64,000 nt of DNA from an uncultured Actinomycetes bacterium (GCA_963837155.1 CAWIMB010000001.1:683586-747585); one strand, 5' to 3'. Numbered from the stretch's first letter, positions 47,601 through 57,890 are shown. Numbers and translations: made by a program. The notes: a model not told the origin generated them from the letters alone.

Positions 47601-49315
47601 CTGTGTCGGCAACCGCGAGCTCCGGCTTGGAGGTCGATTACTCGACGTCCGGGCCCTGCACGAACACTGGAGCAACGATCACCATCACCGGCGCCGGTTT
47701 GTGCGTCGTCGGCGCCGATCAAGATGGCGACACGCAGTACTACCCGGCGCCGAGCGTTGGCGAAGCGTTCACAATCGTGCCCGCCGATCAGACGATCACG
47801 TTCCCCGTCATCGAGGACGTCGCCGTGGTCACCGTACCGTTCGATGTTTCCGCGACCGCCAGTTCGGGCTTGGCCGTGACATTCGCAACGTCCGGCGACT
47901 GCAGCAACTCCGGCGTCACGGTCACGGTGAGCGGCGTCGGCACATGCACGGCAACCGCACACCAGGCCGGAAACGCGAACTACAACGCCGCACCCGACGT
48001 TGCCCGCTCCTTCTCGGTCAGTAAGGCCATCCAGACGATCGACTTCGCACCCCACGCCGACGTCACGGCGATCATCGACCCGTTCGCGGTGTCCGCGACG
48101 GCGACGTCCGGCCTCACCGTCACGTTCACGACATCGGGAAACTGCACCAACTCGGGGCCCACGATCACCGTCACAGCCGTCGGCACGTGCACCGTCACTG
48201 CCCATCAGGCGGGCAACGGAACGTACAACGCGGCACCCGACGTGGCGCGCACCTTCAACATCGGGATCGTCCACCAGACCATCACCTTCGGCGCACTCGT
48301 TGACAAGACATATGGCGACGCACCATTCACGGTCACGGCGACCGCAAGCTCAGGGCTGACGGTGACATTCTCGGCATCGGGCGCATGCACCAACTCCGGT
48401 GCGAGGATCACGATCACCGGCGCCGGAACCTGCACCGCCACGGCATCCCAAGCAGGGAACGCGAGTTACGACCCCGCCGCCGACGTCGCGCGTGCCTTCA
48501 CCGTCGCGAAGGCCGATCAGGTGATCTTGTTCGCCGCGATCGACGACAAGACCGTCGGCGACGCGCCGTTCACCGTGCTGGCAGGTGCATCGTCCGGGCT
48601 CGTCGTGTCGTTCGAGGCGGAGGGCGCGTGCACCGTCTCCGACGCAAAGGTGTCGGTCACCATTGCTGGGACCTGCACGATCAGGGCGACGCAGGCTGGC
48701 ACCGCGAACTACAACGCGGCCCCGGACGTGATGCACTCTTTCGCGGTGAATCCAGCCGCGGCTGCATCGCCGCCGCCGACGCCCGACCTTTCACTCGACT
48801 TGCACTTCGACGTCGGCACGCGTGTGGACGACGCGACGGTGACGATCACCGCCCACGACTTACTGCCCGGGTCGATCGCGAACGTGACCGTGCACTCGAC
48901 ACCGCGGCTGCTCGCACGCGTCGTCGTCGACGACACCGGTTCGTTCACGACAACGGTCAAGCTGCCGGCCGATCTCGAGGCCGGCGACCACCGGATCATC
49001 GTCGAAGCAACCGCCGCCGACGGCACACCCGTGACGAAGTGGGAGGCGTTCGCCGTTGATTCGTCGGGCGTGATCGTCCACATCGGCGCGCTCGATCGGA
49101 CGACTGGTGTGGCCGCGCCGAAGCCAGCACACCACACCGAAGCGGCGCCTCCGGCGAAGTCGCGCGTGACACCGCCGCACGAGGACACGCCGACAGGAGA
49201 TGCGCCGACGAAGAAGCACCACGATGACGGCGGTTCACCATTGCCGTTGCTCGTCGTCGGCGTATGTGCGCTCGTCACGTTGATGCTGACCCAGCGTCGG
49301 CGCCTCCGCGTCTGA
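44683..49315 (+). pseudogene. Giant surface protein of tandem Ig-like ~80-aa repeats with a C-terminal TM anchor; three frameshifts and one in-frame TAG as assembled
   Basis: The signal-like N-terminus (RTRRTLVALVLVAIPI) is in one frame. Frame switches occur near 44785-44795, 45418-45430 and 45816-45822, and the TAG is at 46259-46261 (VTA*QSG). There are 13 canonical units starting with QTITF-type motifs (xQTITFxALxDKTYGDAPFTVSATASSGLxVTFxTSGxCTNSGxTxTxTGxGTCTVTAxQAGNANYNAAxDV). The C-terminus is PLPLLVVGVCALVTLMLTQRRRLRV. Confidence 0.8.
45590..48760 (+). repeat. Coding tandem array of about 240-245-bp units (13 canonical copies)
   Basis: Unit starts were read at approximately 45600, 45840, 46085, 46325, 46570, 46810, 47050, 47295, 47535, 47775, 48030, 48275 and 48515. 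Long stretches of nucleotide identity recur, for example caccggcgccggcacctgcaccgtcac. Confidence 0.85.
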
Positions 49316-49351
49316 CGACGGATGACGCCGCCCAGGTGATCGTCGGGATCG

Positions 49352-49813
49352 TCAGGCTTCGCCCACGCGGGTTGCGACGAACACGGGAATGAGCCGGGTC
49401 GTCCGCTCCTGATATTCCGCGTAGGGCGGATACGCGGCAACCGCACGCTCCCACCATGTGGCACGCTCGTCGCCTTCGAGCTCACGCACGCGAACTGCGA
49501 GCGGCTCGGGGCCGTCTTGGATCGTCACCGCATCGGGGTCGGCCTTCAGGTTGTAGTACCAGACCGGGTGCTTCGGCGCGCCGCCCATGGACGCGACCAG
49601 CGCGTATTCACCTTCGTGCTCGACGCGCATCAGCGGTGTCTTGCGGACCCGGCCCGTCTTGTTGCCTCGCGTTGTCACGATGATCACGGGCAGGCCCGTG
49701 TCGCGCAACGTGTTCGCCTCCCGGCCACCAGTCGCTTCGTATTGCGCGACCTGATCGCTCACCCATTCCCACGGACTCGCGCCGTAATCACCCTCTGTCG
49801 GCATGCCTCGCAC
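49352..49813 (-). CDS. Deazaflavin (F420H2)-dependent nitroreductase family protein (DDN-like)
   Basis: 153 aa: [51 protein letters not shown]...[18 protein letters not shown]. This is the canonical DDN-family pattern. Met at 49804 is an alternative start. Confidence 0.85.
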   Translation of the reverse strand: MRGMPTEGDYGASPWEWVSDQVAQYEATGGREANTLRDTGLPVIIVTTRGNKTGRVRKTPLMRVEHEGEYALVASMGGAPKHPVWYYNLKADPDAVTIQDGPEPLAVRVRELEGDERATWWERAVAAYPPYAEYQERTTRLIPVFVATRVGEA

Positions 49814-49842
49814 GCTACCGGCGGCATGTGCCTACCTGTCGT

Positions 49843-52551
49843 TTACCGACCCGCGTTGGCGCGCAGCACGTCGATGTTGAACCGCGGGGTCGGCGCCTTC
49901 ACGACGCGATACGAGGGGTCGCCCGTGCCGAACGAAACGTCGATCAGATCCTGCCCGGCCGCGTTCACCTCGCTGAACAACATGTCGGTGGAACTCCCAA
50001 TGGCCTGGAACCCCCAGCCGATCACACTGTGGCCGTCGCCGTACCGTCGGAAGCTGCCGGTGGCGGCGGCCGGCTTGTTCCCCGGCGACACGAACTCGAA
50101 GACAGGCTCGGCGGTACTCGTCGTAAGGTTCAACGCGAACTCGACGCCCCGCGCCGCGGCGAAGTTGAACGCCTGATTGTCGAAAACGGTGACGTGGCCG
50201 TTCGGCAGGAAACGCGCGTCGTGCTGGCCGTTGATGGAACCCCCCGAGTAGTTCTGAACGGTGATCAGCTGCGCGCCGTCCTTACTCGTCGGCTTGCCGC
50301 CCAACTTCCAGAGGACCTTGTGATCCGAATGCCGGATCCTGAGCACCGCATTGAGGTGCCGCATCGACAGGAGTACGTCACCGCCCGGAATCGGGTCGAG
50401 CGCGTTGCAGTGGAACACGTCGTAGATGGTCGTACCCGCCGACATGGTGATGCCCGGGTTCGTGCTCTCGGTCACCGGATCGACGTGATCGGTCGCGTCC
50501 CACTTCCACACCAACTGTCCTTGCGGCGTGACCTCTTGCACCTCGCAGTCGGCAATCGTCTCGTTCGCGCCAGCTCCGGGCGCGCCCGGCAGCCCGGTCA
50601 GGTCGACGCCGTGCTTGATCGGATACGACAGCAACAAGCGGTTGCCGTTGGGCAACGTCTGCAGGTCGTGCAGGTCAGTCGGTACGCCGACCGTCCGGAT
50701 CTGCTGCGTGACCTGGTTCGTCTCGAGATTGAAGACGTTGTACGCCCCGTTTGGGTCGCTTCCGAAACCGCCTGCCGATGCGGGCATGTATGCGACGGTG
50801 TTCTTCGCGAACGGCTTCACGTCAATCGCGCGCAGCGGTTCGATGCGCTTGTACCAGACCGGTGTCGCGTTGGTGTCCAGGATCATGGCGTACGAGGAGA
50901 CCGTGGGCTGCGAACTCAAGTTGCCCGTGAGATACCAACCGGGGCTCGGCGCACCGGCGGCGGGATGGCGCGTGACGTTGATCGGCGGGAAGTCGGCGGG
51001 CAAGCACCGGATCCAGTACTGCGCGGGCACACCTTGGGAGTTGGTCGCTTCGATGACGGCGGCTTGGTTCTCGGTGAGGTTCAGCGGGACCACCGCGGAC
51101 GCGCTCGGTTGGGTGGTCACCGGTGCGACCAGGCGCACGGTGCCGCCGGCGACCGCGGTCATGTTGAGCGTGACGCTGTTCGTACCGGACGCGCACTGCA
51201 GCACATAGTCGAACGTCGCGGACGAGAAGCCGGGCCGGAGTGCAAGCGGCGAGACGCTCAACGACGCGAGTGGCCGCACGGCAGGTGGGTGCACCGCGAT
51301 AAGCGATCCCGCGACCGAGGCGTACACGACGCCGAACGCGACCGACGCGCTCGACAGGCCGGGAGCAGGGCTGCCGGCGCCGAGATCCCAGTTCTTCAGC
51401 TCGTGGAGGTCGCCCCAAGCCCTGGCGAACAACACCACATGATCGACACCACTGATGACGCGGCGCGCCAAAACGAAGAGGTAGCCGCTCCCGATCGCGA
51501 CCGACTGCGCGTAGCTCGTCGACCCACCGGTCGGCGCGTTGAGCGCCACCGCCGACGACGGCTGGCAGCTCGCACCGCCACATCCGTTGTGCGGCCACGC
51601 ATAGAGCGCGCCGTTGGCGTTGGTGGCGAAGACCTTGTCGCCGTCAATCGATGCAGTAGCGAGGAAGTTCCCGGCGGCGTCGCCGGCCTTGGCGGCGAAC
51701 GTGTACAGCGCATTGCACGTTGACGCGCCGCAACCGCCGCGGGCGAACACCTGTATCCCACCGCCCGCGGGGACGAACAGCCGGGTATCGCTCGCGCTCG
51801 GGGTCGCCGTGACTGCCGTGCCAGTGAGATCCGTCCACAACAGGTTTCCGTTGGTCGCGTTGAACGCACGCACGCCGACAGTCGCCGCGTCGTGCACGAC
51901 GCCGTTGACGACAGTTGGGCCGATCCCGCTCGCGGAGAAGTTCGTGGAAGCCGACCACAGCGAAGTGCACACCTGCGTTGCCTGCGACGTCGCACAGTTC
52001 GTCTGGCCCGCCGCATCGAACGCGAACACGCTCGACGCACCGTTCGCGAACACCCGGCCCCCGTCCACCACGGGTGGCGATGCCGGACCGCTCGCAGTGC
52101 CGAGCTGGGCGCGGAACACCGGCGCACAGATGTTCAACAAGGTGTTGCAGTTCCGCACGCCGTCGACGTCGAAGCCCACGAGCACCGGGTTCGACGCGGT
52201 CGCAACCACGACGAACACGGTGTTCGACGCCACGTCGAACGCGGGGACGGAACCAGCCGTCGACCCAGCGGGCAGCGTGCCGGTCCACACGGTCCCGTAG
52301 CTCTGCGCGTCGAACGCGACGACCGCACCGTCGCGCTGCGCGAACACCAATCCCTTGCCGGTCACGGCTTGCCCGGTGATGTCCAGCGTCGACAACGGCG
52401 AGGCCACCAACGCCGGCACGCTCGTATTCGTAAAGGCCGGTTCGTAGCCGGAGCCCACATGACCGGCGACACCACCCCACTGCACCCAATCGCACCCCGC
52501 GCCCATGAGCACGAATGCAACCGCAAGAGCAACGATGCGAAGCCGCTTCAT
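49843..52551 (-). CDS. Lipoprotein with an N-terminal PQQ-like beta-propeller, a cadherin-like module and a C-terminal arylsulfotransferase (ASST)-family domain
   Basis: The start was trimmed to MKRLRIVALAVAFVLMGAGC (lipobox). The propeller carries repeats of the GxVVAFDA/LWT type. The C-terminal region (YAMILDTNATPVWY..., DLHDLQTLPNGNRLLLSY, DVFHCNALDPIPGGDVLLSMRHLNAVLRI, INGQHDARFLPNGHVTVFDN) matches the ASST fold family. Confidence 0.75.
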   Translation of the reverse strand: MKRLRIVALAVAFVLMGAGCDWVQWGGVAGHVGSGYEPAFTNTSVPALVASPLSTLDITGQAVTGKGLVFAQRDGAVVAFDAQSYGTVWTGTLPAGSTAGSVPAFDVASNTVFVVVATASNPVLVGFDVDGVRNCNTLLNICAPVFRAQLGTASGPASPPVVDGGRVFANGASSVFAFDAAGQTNCATSQATQVCTSLWSASTNFSASGIGPTVVNGVVHDAATVGVRAFNATNGNLLWTDLTGTAVTATPSASDTRLFVPAGGGIQVFARGGCGASTCNALYTFAAKAGDAAGNFLATASIDGDKVFATNANGALYAWPHNGCGGASCQPSSAVALNAPTGGSTSYAQSVAIGSGYLFVLARRVISGVDHVVLFARAWGDLHELKNWDLGAGSPAPGLSSASVAFGVVYASVAGSLIAVHPPAVRPLASLSVSPLALRPGFSSATFDYVLQCASGTNSVTLNMTAVAGGTVRLVAPVTTQPSASAVVPLNLTENQAAVIEATNSQGVPAQYWIRCLPADFPPINVTRHPAAGAPSPGWYLTGNLSSQPTVSSYAMILDTNATPVWYKRIEPLRAIDVKPFAKNTVAYMPASAGGFGSDPNGAYNVFNLETNQVTQQIRTVGVPTDLHDLQTLPNGNRLLLSYPIKHGVDLTGLPGAPGAGANETIADCEVQEVTPQGQLVWKWDATDHVDPVTESTNPGITMSAGTTIYDVFHCNALDPIPGGDVLLSMRHLNAVLRIRHSDHKVLWKLGGKPTSKDGAQLITVQNYSGGSINGQHDARFLPNGHVTVFDNQAFNFAAARGVEFALNLTTSTAEPVFEFVSPGNKPAAATGSFRRYGDGHSVIGWGFQAIGSSTDMLFSEVNAAGQDLIDVSFGTGDPSYRVVKAPTPRFNIDVLRANAGR

Positions 52552-52626
52552 ACGCGCATCCTTACGCACGGGGCGCAGGCTCACTAGAGACGAAATGTCC
52601 CGAAACGCCGTACACGCGGTGCGGTC

Positions 52627-54066
52627 CTAGCGCACCGCCTCCATCCGGACCACGTGCCGCATCCGCGGGGTCATCGTGACGCGTACGACCTGTCCCTCGT
52701 GCACGTCGGCGGCGTAGTAGCGCAGTGCCCGCACCTCGTCGCCGTGCCCGTCATCCACGGCGGTGTAGCCCATCGGTGCCCACACGCGGTCGTCGCCGTT
52801 CTGTTCGTAGCGCCACGGGACGCGTACGACGTATCCCTCGAATGTCTCCGTCCGCCGGAGGTCGGGCAGCGATCGCCCGATCATCACGACCCGGCGCACG
52901 ACGTGCACGGTTACGAAGACGAGCGGTATCGAGAGCACGACGAGGATCGGAATGATCAGCCAGCGGCCGTTGCCGCCGTCTTCGTCGCCGATGTCTTTCG
53001 CGACATCGACCAGCGCGGGAACAAGGTCCCGCGCGACGACGACACCGAGCGCAACGACGCCGGCCAGCACGAACAACGACATGAGCAACGCGCGTCCCGG
53101 CGACTCGCCGTAGCCGAACCGGTGCGGGTACTTGATACGAACTTGGCGCCACAAGCCGCGGTAGGGGCTCCAGCCTTCGTCGTCGCGCGTCGGCCCGATC
53201 GGCAACGCGGCATCGGTGCCGTGCGCAACACCGAGCGCGACGCCGTACGCAAGCAGCCGATCCCAGATCGCGACACCCGCGGGCGGCGTCTCTTGGAACC
53301 CCTCGTGATGTCGCAGGAAGTTGCGCACTCCAAGCCAGCGCGCGGCTGCTGCCGAGCCGGCCGGCGTCTCCCGCAACGCGCGCAGCTTGGGGCCGCCGAA
53401 CGCCAGCGCGATGAACCACAGGATCGCGGCGACACCCACGCCGCCGCCCACGTCGGAGTCGTGCCCGGCCGCTCGTTCGGCCGCGCCGTAGACCTCGAAG
53501 CCGATACCGGCGATCGCGAACGGCACCGCCAGCGTGGCCGCGAGCAAGATCACCTGCGCGGGAGTGAACCGGCGGCGCACGAGGCCGAGGTCACGGGCGT
53601 GATCGGCGACCGCTCCCTGGAACTTCTTCCACCACTGGTCGGCGTTCTTGCCGTATCCCAACGACAGTTCGGTTGCGGGCACACTTTGGTTCTTCGCTCG
53701 GCTCCGCACGAGCTCGAGCACCTTCGTCTCGTACGCGTTTGCCGTGTCGTCGCCGCCCCCGCGCAACCGCACGAGGTTCTGGCCGTCACCGATCTGATCG
53801 ATGGTGATGAACCGGCGCGCCGCGAGATCAACAAGCGTGGCCGAAAGCGCGGACGTCGTGATCCTGCAGCGGCTGACGAGAAGGTTCGCGATCGCCGGTG
53901 CTTCTGGCCCGAGCTCCATCGTCTCGGGCCCGGCGTCGGGGAGTCGCGGCCTCGTCGCGTTCGCCACAACGGCGAACAAGACGAACCAGGCAGCGAGCAC
54001 GACCGCGGCAATGATCAGCCACGGCACGGCATCCGCGTGCTCGACGGCAACGATCGAGCCCACCAT
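52627..54066 (-). CDS. DUF2207-family membrane protein
   Basis: 479 aa with an N-terminal TM, the region EAPAIANLLVSRCRITTSALSATLVDLAARRFITI, and several C-terminal TM helices. This is the typical DUF2207 layout. Confidence 0.7.
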   Translation of the reverse strand: MVGSIVAVEHADAVPWLIIAAVVLAAWFVLFAVVANATRPRLPDAGPETMELGPEAPAIANLLVSRCRITTSALSATLVDLAARRFITIDQIGDGQNLVRLRGGGDDTANAYETKVLELVRSRAKNQSVPATELSLGYGKNADQWWKKFQGAVADHARDLGLVRRRFTPAQVILLAATLAVPFAIAGIGFEVYGAAERAAGHDSDVGGGVGVAAILWFIALAFGGPKLRALRETPAGSAAAARWLGVRNFLRHHEGFQETPPAGVAIWDRLLAYGVALGVAHGTDAALPIGPTRDDEGWSPYRGLWRQVRIKYPHRFGYGESPGRALLMSLFVLAGVVALGVVVARDLVPALVDVAKDIGDEDGGNGRWLIIPILVVLSIPLVFVTVHVVRRVVMIGRSLPDLRRTETFEGYVVRVPWRYEQNGDDRVWAPMGYTAVDDGHGDEVRALRYYAADVHEGQVVRVTMTPRMRHVVRMEAVR

Positions 54067-54078
54067 CGGGCGCGAGTG

Positions 54079-54942
54079 TCACCCACGAACGGAGGTCGAA
54101 ACAAGCGGTGTCGCGCGCGTGGCCGACGCGACCGACGCTTCGGCGCTGAGTCGGGTGATGGGAAAGGCGGTTCCAGTGAGATAGCGATCGCCGACTTGGC
54201 GCCCGGTGAGCACCTCATTTGCAGCCCACCCGGCGCGCGAGAGAAACGCGGCTACCTCCGGCGGCGGGAGCTCGAATCGGAACGGCTCTCGCCCGAGTGA
54301 GACAAGACCGCGACCGGCCTTCGCGCGAAGACGCGCGCGCGGCGAGTCGTCGGCGCGAAACCCCACGCCGAAGTTCACCGCCAGCCGGCTCCCGTCGCCC
54401 CCGAGGCCGGCAAGCGTCCGCAGCAGCACGCTGACGTCATGTTCGAGCAAATACATCGTGAGACCCTCAACGGTGAACATCGCGCGCTCGCCCGCCCCGA
54501 ACCCTGCGGTGCGAAGCACCGCATCGAGCGCAGCCACACCGAGCTCCGCCTCGACGTAGCGCGGTCCGCCGTCAGGCGCGCGCGGACGCTTGTCGCGCTG
54601 CGTCGCGGGGTGGTCGACCTCGTAATACTGCACGCCGGGCCGCGCGAGACGCCACGCGCGGCTGTCGTAGCCCGCGCCGAGTACGACCACGTGACGGATA
54701 CCGGCATCGACCGCATCGATCACGGCGTCGTCAAAGAATCTCGTGCGCGCCGCGAGATACGCGAACGACGGATTGTGACCGAGGCGCGTCAGCGGTTTGT
54801 GACGGAGCGCACGAGCGATGCGCGCCCACCGCGGACGCAGCATTGCATCGGCATAGCGATCGTCGAGAACGCCCATCCAGGTCAGATGGGCGCGCGCCAG
54901 TGCAACGTGCTGCGCCGAAGCGGAAGGTCGCGCGCCCTGCAT
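54079..54942 (-). CDS. Class I SAM-dependent methyltransferase (Leu carboxyl / mycobacterial Omt-like family)
   Basis: 287 aa: RTRFFDDAVIDAVDAGIRHVVVLGAGYDSRAWRL...YEVDHPATQ...FTVEGLTMYL, which are hallmark motifs of this O-methyltransferase family. Confidence 0.85.
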   Translation of the reverse strand: MQGARPSASAQHVALARAHLTWMGVLDDRYADAMLRPRWARIARALRHKPLTRLGHNPSFAYLAARTRFFDDAVIDAVDAGIRHVVVLGAGYDSRAWRLARPGVQYYEVDHPATQRDKRPRAPDGGPRYVEAELGVAALDAVLRTAGFGAGERAMFTVEGLTMYLLEHDVSVLLRTLAGLGGDGSRLAVNFGVGFRADDSPRARLRAKAGRGLVSLGREPFRFELPPPEVAAFLSRAGWAANEVLTGRQVGDRYLTGTAFPITRLSAEASVASATRATPLVSTSVRG

Positions 54943-55080
54943 CCGCGGAGCATTTCACGCGCGGCACGTGTCGTTGCACCCGACACATGAACACTCGGTC
55001 AAGGCGATGAACCGCGGGCGCATCGTGTCCGTAGAGCACGCGTCAATCGCAGCAGGGGCGGGCTCGAAAGTGAGGTCCTC

Positions 55081-55572
55081 GTGCGACGATTCCGAGTTCG
55101 AATTGGTGTGCTCCTCGCGTTAGCGCTCACCATCCCTGCACTCACGTTGCTCACCGGTTCGGCGTCGGACGCGTCGTCCACGCGGGAGCACCGACACGTG
55201 ATCCTGATCCCTGAGGCCGACAAGTTCGTGCCGTACCACCTGACCGTGCACCTCGGTGACCGCGTCACCTGGGTCAACAACGACACCGACGACCACACGA
55301 TCGTCAGCGACGACGCGTTCAACACGGACGGCCACCACGGTCTCGATCACCTGATCCCCGGCACGGAGAACAATGGTGGCAAGCCGGGAATCTTCACGCT
55401 GCGCTTCTGGCATGCCGGAACGTTCGTGTACTACTGCCGGTTCCATGCGCATCTCGATGCCGACAGCCAGCCGGTCGCGCCCGGTCCCGACGGCGGCATC
55501 CAGGATGCGAACGGCAACTTCGGCACGCCGATGTCCGGCATCATCTCCGTGAAGGGGTTCTTCGACAACTGA
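55081..55572 (+). CDS. Secreted cupredoxin (plastocyanin/amicyanin-like blue copper protein)
   Basis: The signal is MRRFRVRIGVLLALALTIPALTLLTGSA. The motifs VTWVNNDTDDHTI and YYCRFHAHL...M give the His/Cys/His/Met ligand spacing. Confidence 0.8.
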   Translation: MRRFRVRIGVLLALALTIPALTLLTGSASDASSTREHRHVILIPEADKFVPYHLTVHLGDRVTWVNNDTDDHTIVSDDAFNTDGHHGLDHLIPGTENNGGKPGIFTLRFWHAGTFVYYCRFHAHLDADSQPVAPGPDGGIQDANGNFGTPMSGIISVKGFFDN

Positions 55573-55596
55573 TCAACGCACACGTGCGGCGTCGTC

Positions 55597-56709
55597 TCAA
55601 CACTCGCCGGCATCACCGGGGACGACGCCGTACCGTGCGTCGCAATCGAACCTGTCGAGGTAATAGATCGACGAGATCGTGTGGTTCTCACCGCAGGAGT
55701 CGAAGGCCGTCGAAGAGTCGGCGAAGACAAAGCCGCGCAACTTCCCAGCCGCATCGATCACTTGCAGCCCGCTGTAGGTGTGGCCGAGCTCCTTCGCGAT
55801 CTTGCCGTCACCGTCCCAGTCATGGCTGGTTTGCAACAGCACGCGACGCGCGACCTCGCCCCTGTTCTTCTTCGGAGCACCGACGTACACGAAGACCCAT
55901 GTAGGTCCATCGGGGTAGACGTACCGGTATGTGTCAGTCGTCGTGACGCGGAAAACCGGCATTGTGAGGCCGGTCTCGTACACGACGTTGTCGGACGCCG
56001 GCGCGCCGCACCACGCGTTGTTGCGCCTGATCAAGCCTTCATAGTCCGTGCCTGCGGCGTCGGCCAACGGGCGTGCAACCGTGAAATCGGGGCCGGGCGC
56101 GCCGAACGCGAACCCGGTGTTCGCGGCGCCGCGCTCACGCGCGCCAGTGCCGCCGACGTAAAACGGGCCGACCATGTCGCTCGCGGCGACGAGCTCGAGC
56201 TTCGAGAGACGCGGGTCGCTGGGATCGTCGTCCCAGGTGTGTAGCCACGATTCGGTGTTGCCGTCCGACCATGTCACGTGGATCTGCCCGGTAGTCGTGC
56301 TCCACGTACCGACACGCGTCGCGAGGCTCGACCGACCGCGGACGAAGGTACGCAATCCCTGGATTTGCGATTTGCGGTCGTGATCGTACGGATAGGCCGG
56401 ATCGGGATTGATCTCCGAGCCCACGCGTCGCGCCGCATTGCCGTACACGCGGCCGGTCGCGTCACCCTGCCACTCCCAGAACCGCACTTGAACGGATCCG
56501 CCACCACACGAGCCGGAAAACGCGTACATCGCAAGACGCGCGAGGTGCGCTCCGCTCCCTCCGACACCGGTAATCGTGGCGACGAAGTTTCCGGGCACCG
56601 GGCATACGGCAGCCCGCGCCGGGGTCGACGTCGACGGCGCGATGACAAGGGTGCCCACCGCCACGACGATGATCCCCACCTTGCGCACAGGCCGGCTCCT
56701 CAGTCCCAC
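55597..56709 (-). CDS. Secreted hypothetical protein
   Basis: 370 aa with a signal/anchor (VGIIVVAVGTLVIAPSTSTPARA) and a Cys-containing globular body. No motif was recognised. Confidence 0.6.
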   Translation of the reverse strand: MGLRSRPVRKVGIIVVAVGTLVIAPSTSTPARAAVCPVPGNFVATITGVGGSGAHLARLAMYAFSGSCGGGSVQVRFWEWQGDATGRVYGNAARRVGSEINPDPAYPYDHDRKSQIQGLRTFVRGRSSLATRVGTWSTTTGQIHVTWSDGNTESWLHTWDDDPSDPRLSKLELVAASDMVGPFYVGGTGARERGAANTGFAFGAPGPDFTVARPLADAAGTDYEGLIRRNNAWCGAPASDNVVYETGLTMPVFRVTTTDTYRYVYPDGPTWVFVYVGAPKKNRGEVARRVLLQTSHDWDGDGKIAKELGHTYSGLQVIDAAGKLRGFVFADSSTAFDSCGENHTISSIYYLDRFDCDARYGVVPGDAGEC

Positions 56710-57771
56710 TCGTGCAGCTCAGGCAGCACCTTGTTCGCGAACGTCTCCATGCTCTGGCGCGCCGCGTCGAACGGCAGGCCGGAGTAGCGGAAGCAACACG
56801 TGAGGTCGAAATCACCGACGATCGCACGTCGCGCTTCGAGGCGCGCGAGGATCTGCTCCGGCGTGCCCCACGCCTGGACGCCGAGATACATCTCGCCGAG
56901 CTTGTCCTTGCCGATTGCGCGGAGCACGTCGACCGCGCTGCCGTACGACTCGTATCCCTTGGCAGCCTTGAAGTGCTCGTCGGCCAGTTCGTAGTGCTCG
57001 AGCACTTGGGTGAGATATCCGGCGACGTGTTCCTGGGCGACTGCTTCGGCGCGTGCGGCGTCCGTGTCGCAGTACACAAAGTCGCACGTCGTCGGAGGGT
57101 ACGGCTCGCGCCCATGACGTTGCACGAAGCGGTCCCGGTACGTTGCGACGGCGACGGCCTGATCATCCCACGGCCGCTGGCTGAAGATCACCATGCGCGC
57201 ACCGAGATCGGCCGCCGTGTCGAGCGAGTCGGGTGACATCGCCACGCAATACGTTCGGTCGACGAACGACCGCGTCGGCCGGGGCCGGATCGGCGTGGGT
57301 GCCTGCGGATAGTACGGGCCGTCGCCTTCGATGACGCCGGTCTCCAACGCGCGCAGGATCATTGGTGCGGCTTCGTCGAAGCGGTCGCGCGACTCGTCCA
57401 TCGGCATGCCGAACCCGGCGTACTCGCGTCGGCGCCAACCCGCGGCCCATGCCGAACAGCACCCGCCCGTTGCTCAGCGTGTCGAGCATCGCGATGCGCT
57501 CGGCGACGCGCAGTGGTGAGTTCCACGGCAGGATCACCGCGCCGGTGCCGAGCGCGATCCGGTGCGTGCGCCCCGCCATGTAGGCGAGGAACGCGACGTT
57601 GTCCGGGCAGAACGCGTAGTCGAAGAAGTGATGCTCGACCGGCCACAACGCGTCGAAGCCGAGCTCGTCGGCAAGCTCGCCGAGGGCGACCTCCTGGGCG
57701 AAGACGTCGTCGTCGCTCGTCTCGACCCCGTAGCCGGCGGACTGGAACACCATCTGGATCCCGACTCGCAC
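56700..57771 (-). pseudogene. LLM-class (luciferase-like) flavin-dependent oxidoreductase, frameshifted as assembled
   Basis: The N-terminal half is MRVGIQMVFQS...GFDALWPVEHHFFDYAFCPDN...GTGAVILPWNSPLRVAERIAMLDTLSNGRVLFGMGRGLA. An apparent extra C near 57431-57436 shifts into RREYAGFGMPMDESRDRFDEA... (ORF 56700..57407). Confidence 0.85.
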
Positions 57772-57890
57772 GGCTGGATCCTAGGCATTCCGGCCGATTT
57801 CCAGGCCGGTCGCACCTTTTCCGCTCAAGCGGCGGAGCCGCCACGCCGATATTCCTTCGGTAGCGGGCGGCTACCAACCGAGCGGGGTCT

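Noticed and set aside
46451-48274. 607-aa minus-strand ORF across the repeat array
   Set aside because: It is the antisense frame of the Ig-like repeat protein. Its repetitive RRGD/GDRD composition mirrors the sense repeats.
49828-51723. 631-aa + strand ORF. Comparable long antisense ORFs occur at 52654..54300 (+) and 60735..62507 (-).
   Set aside because: All are Arg-rich shadows of well-supported genes on the other strand (the ASST lipoprotein, DUF2207 and the FN3 protein).
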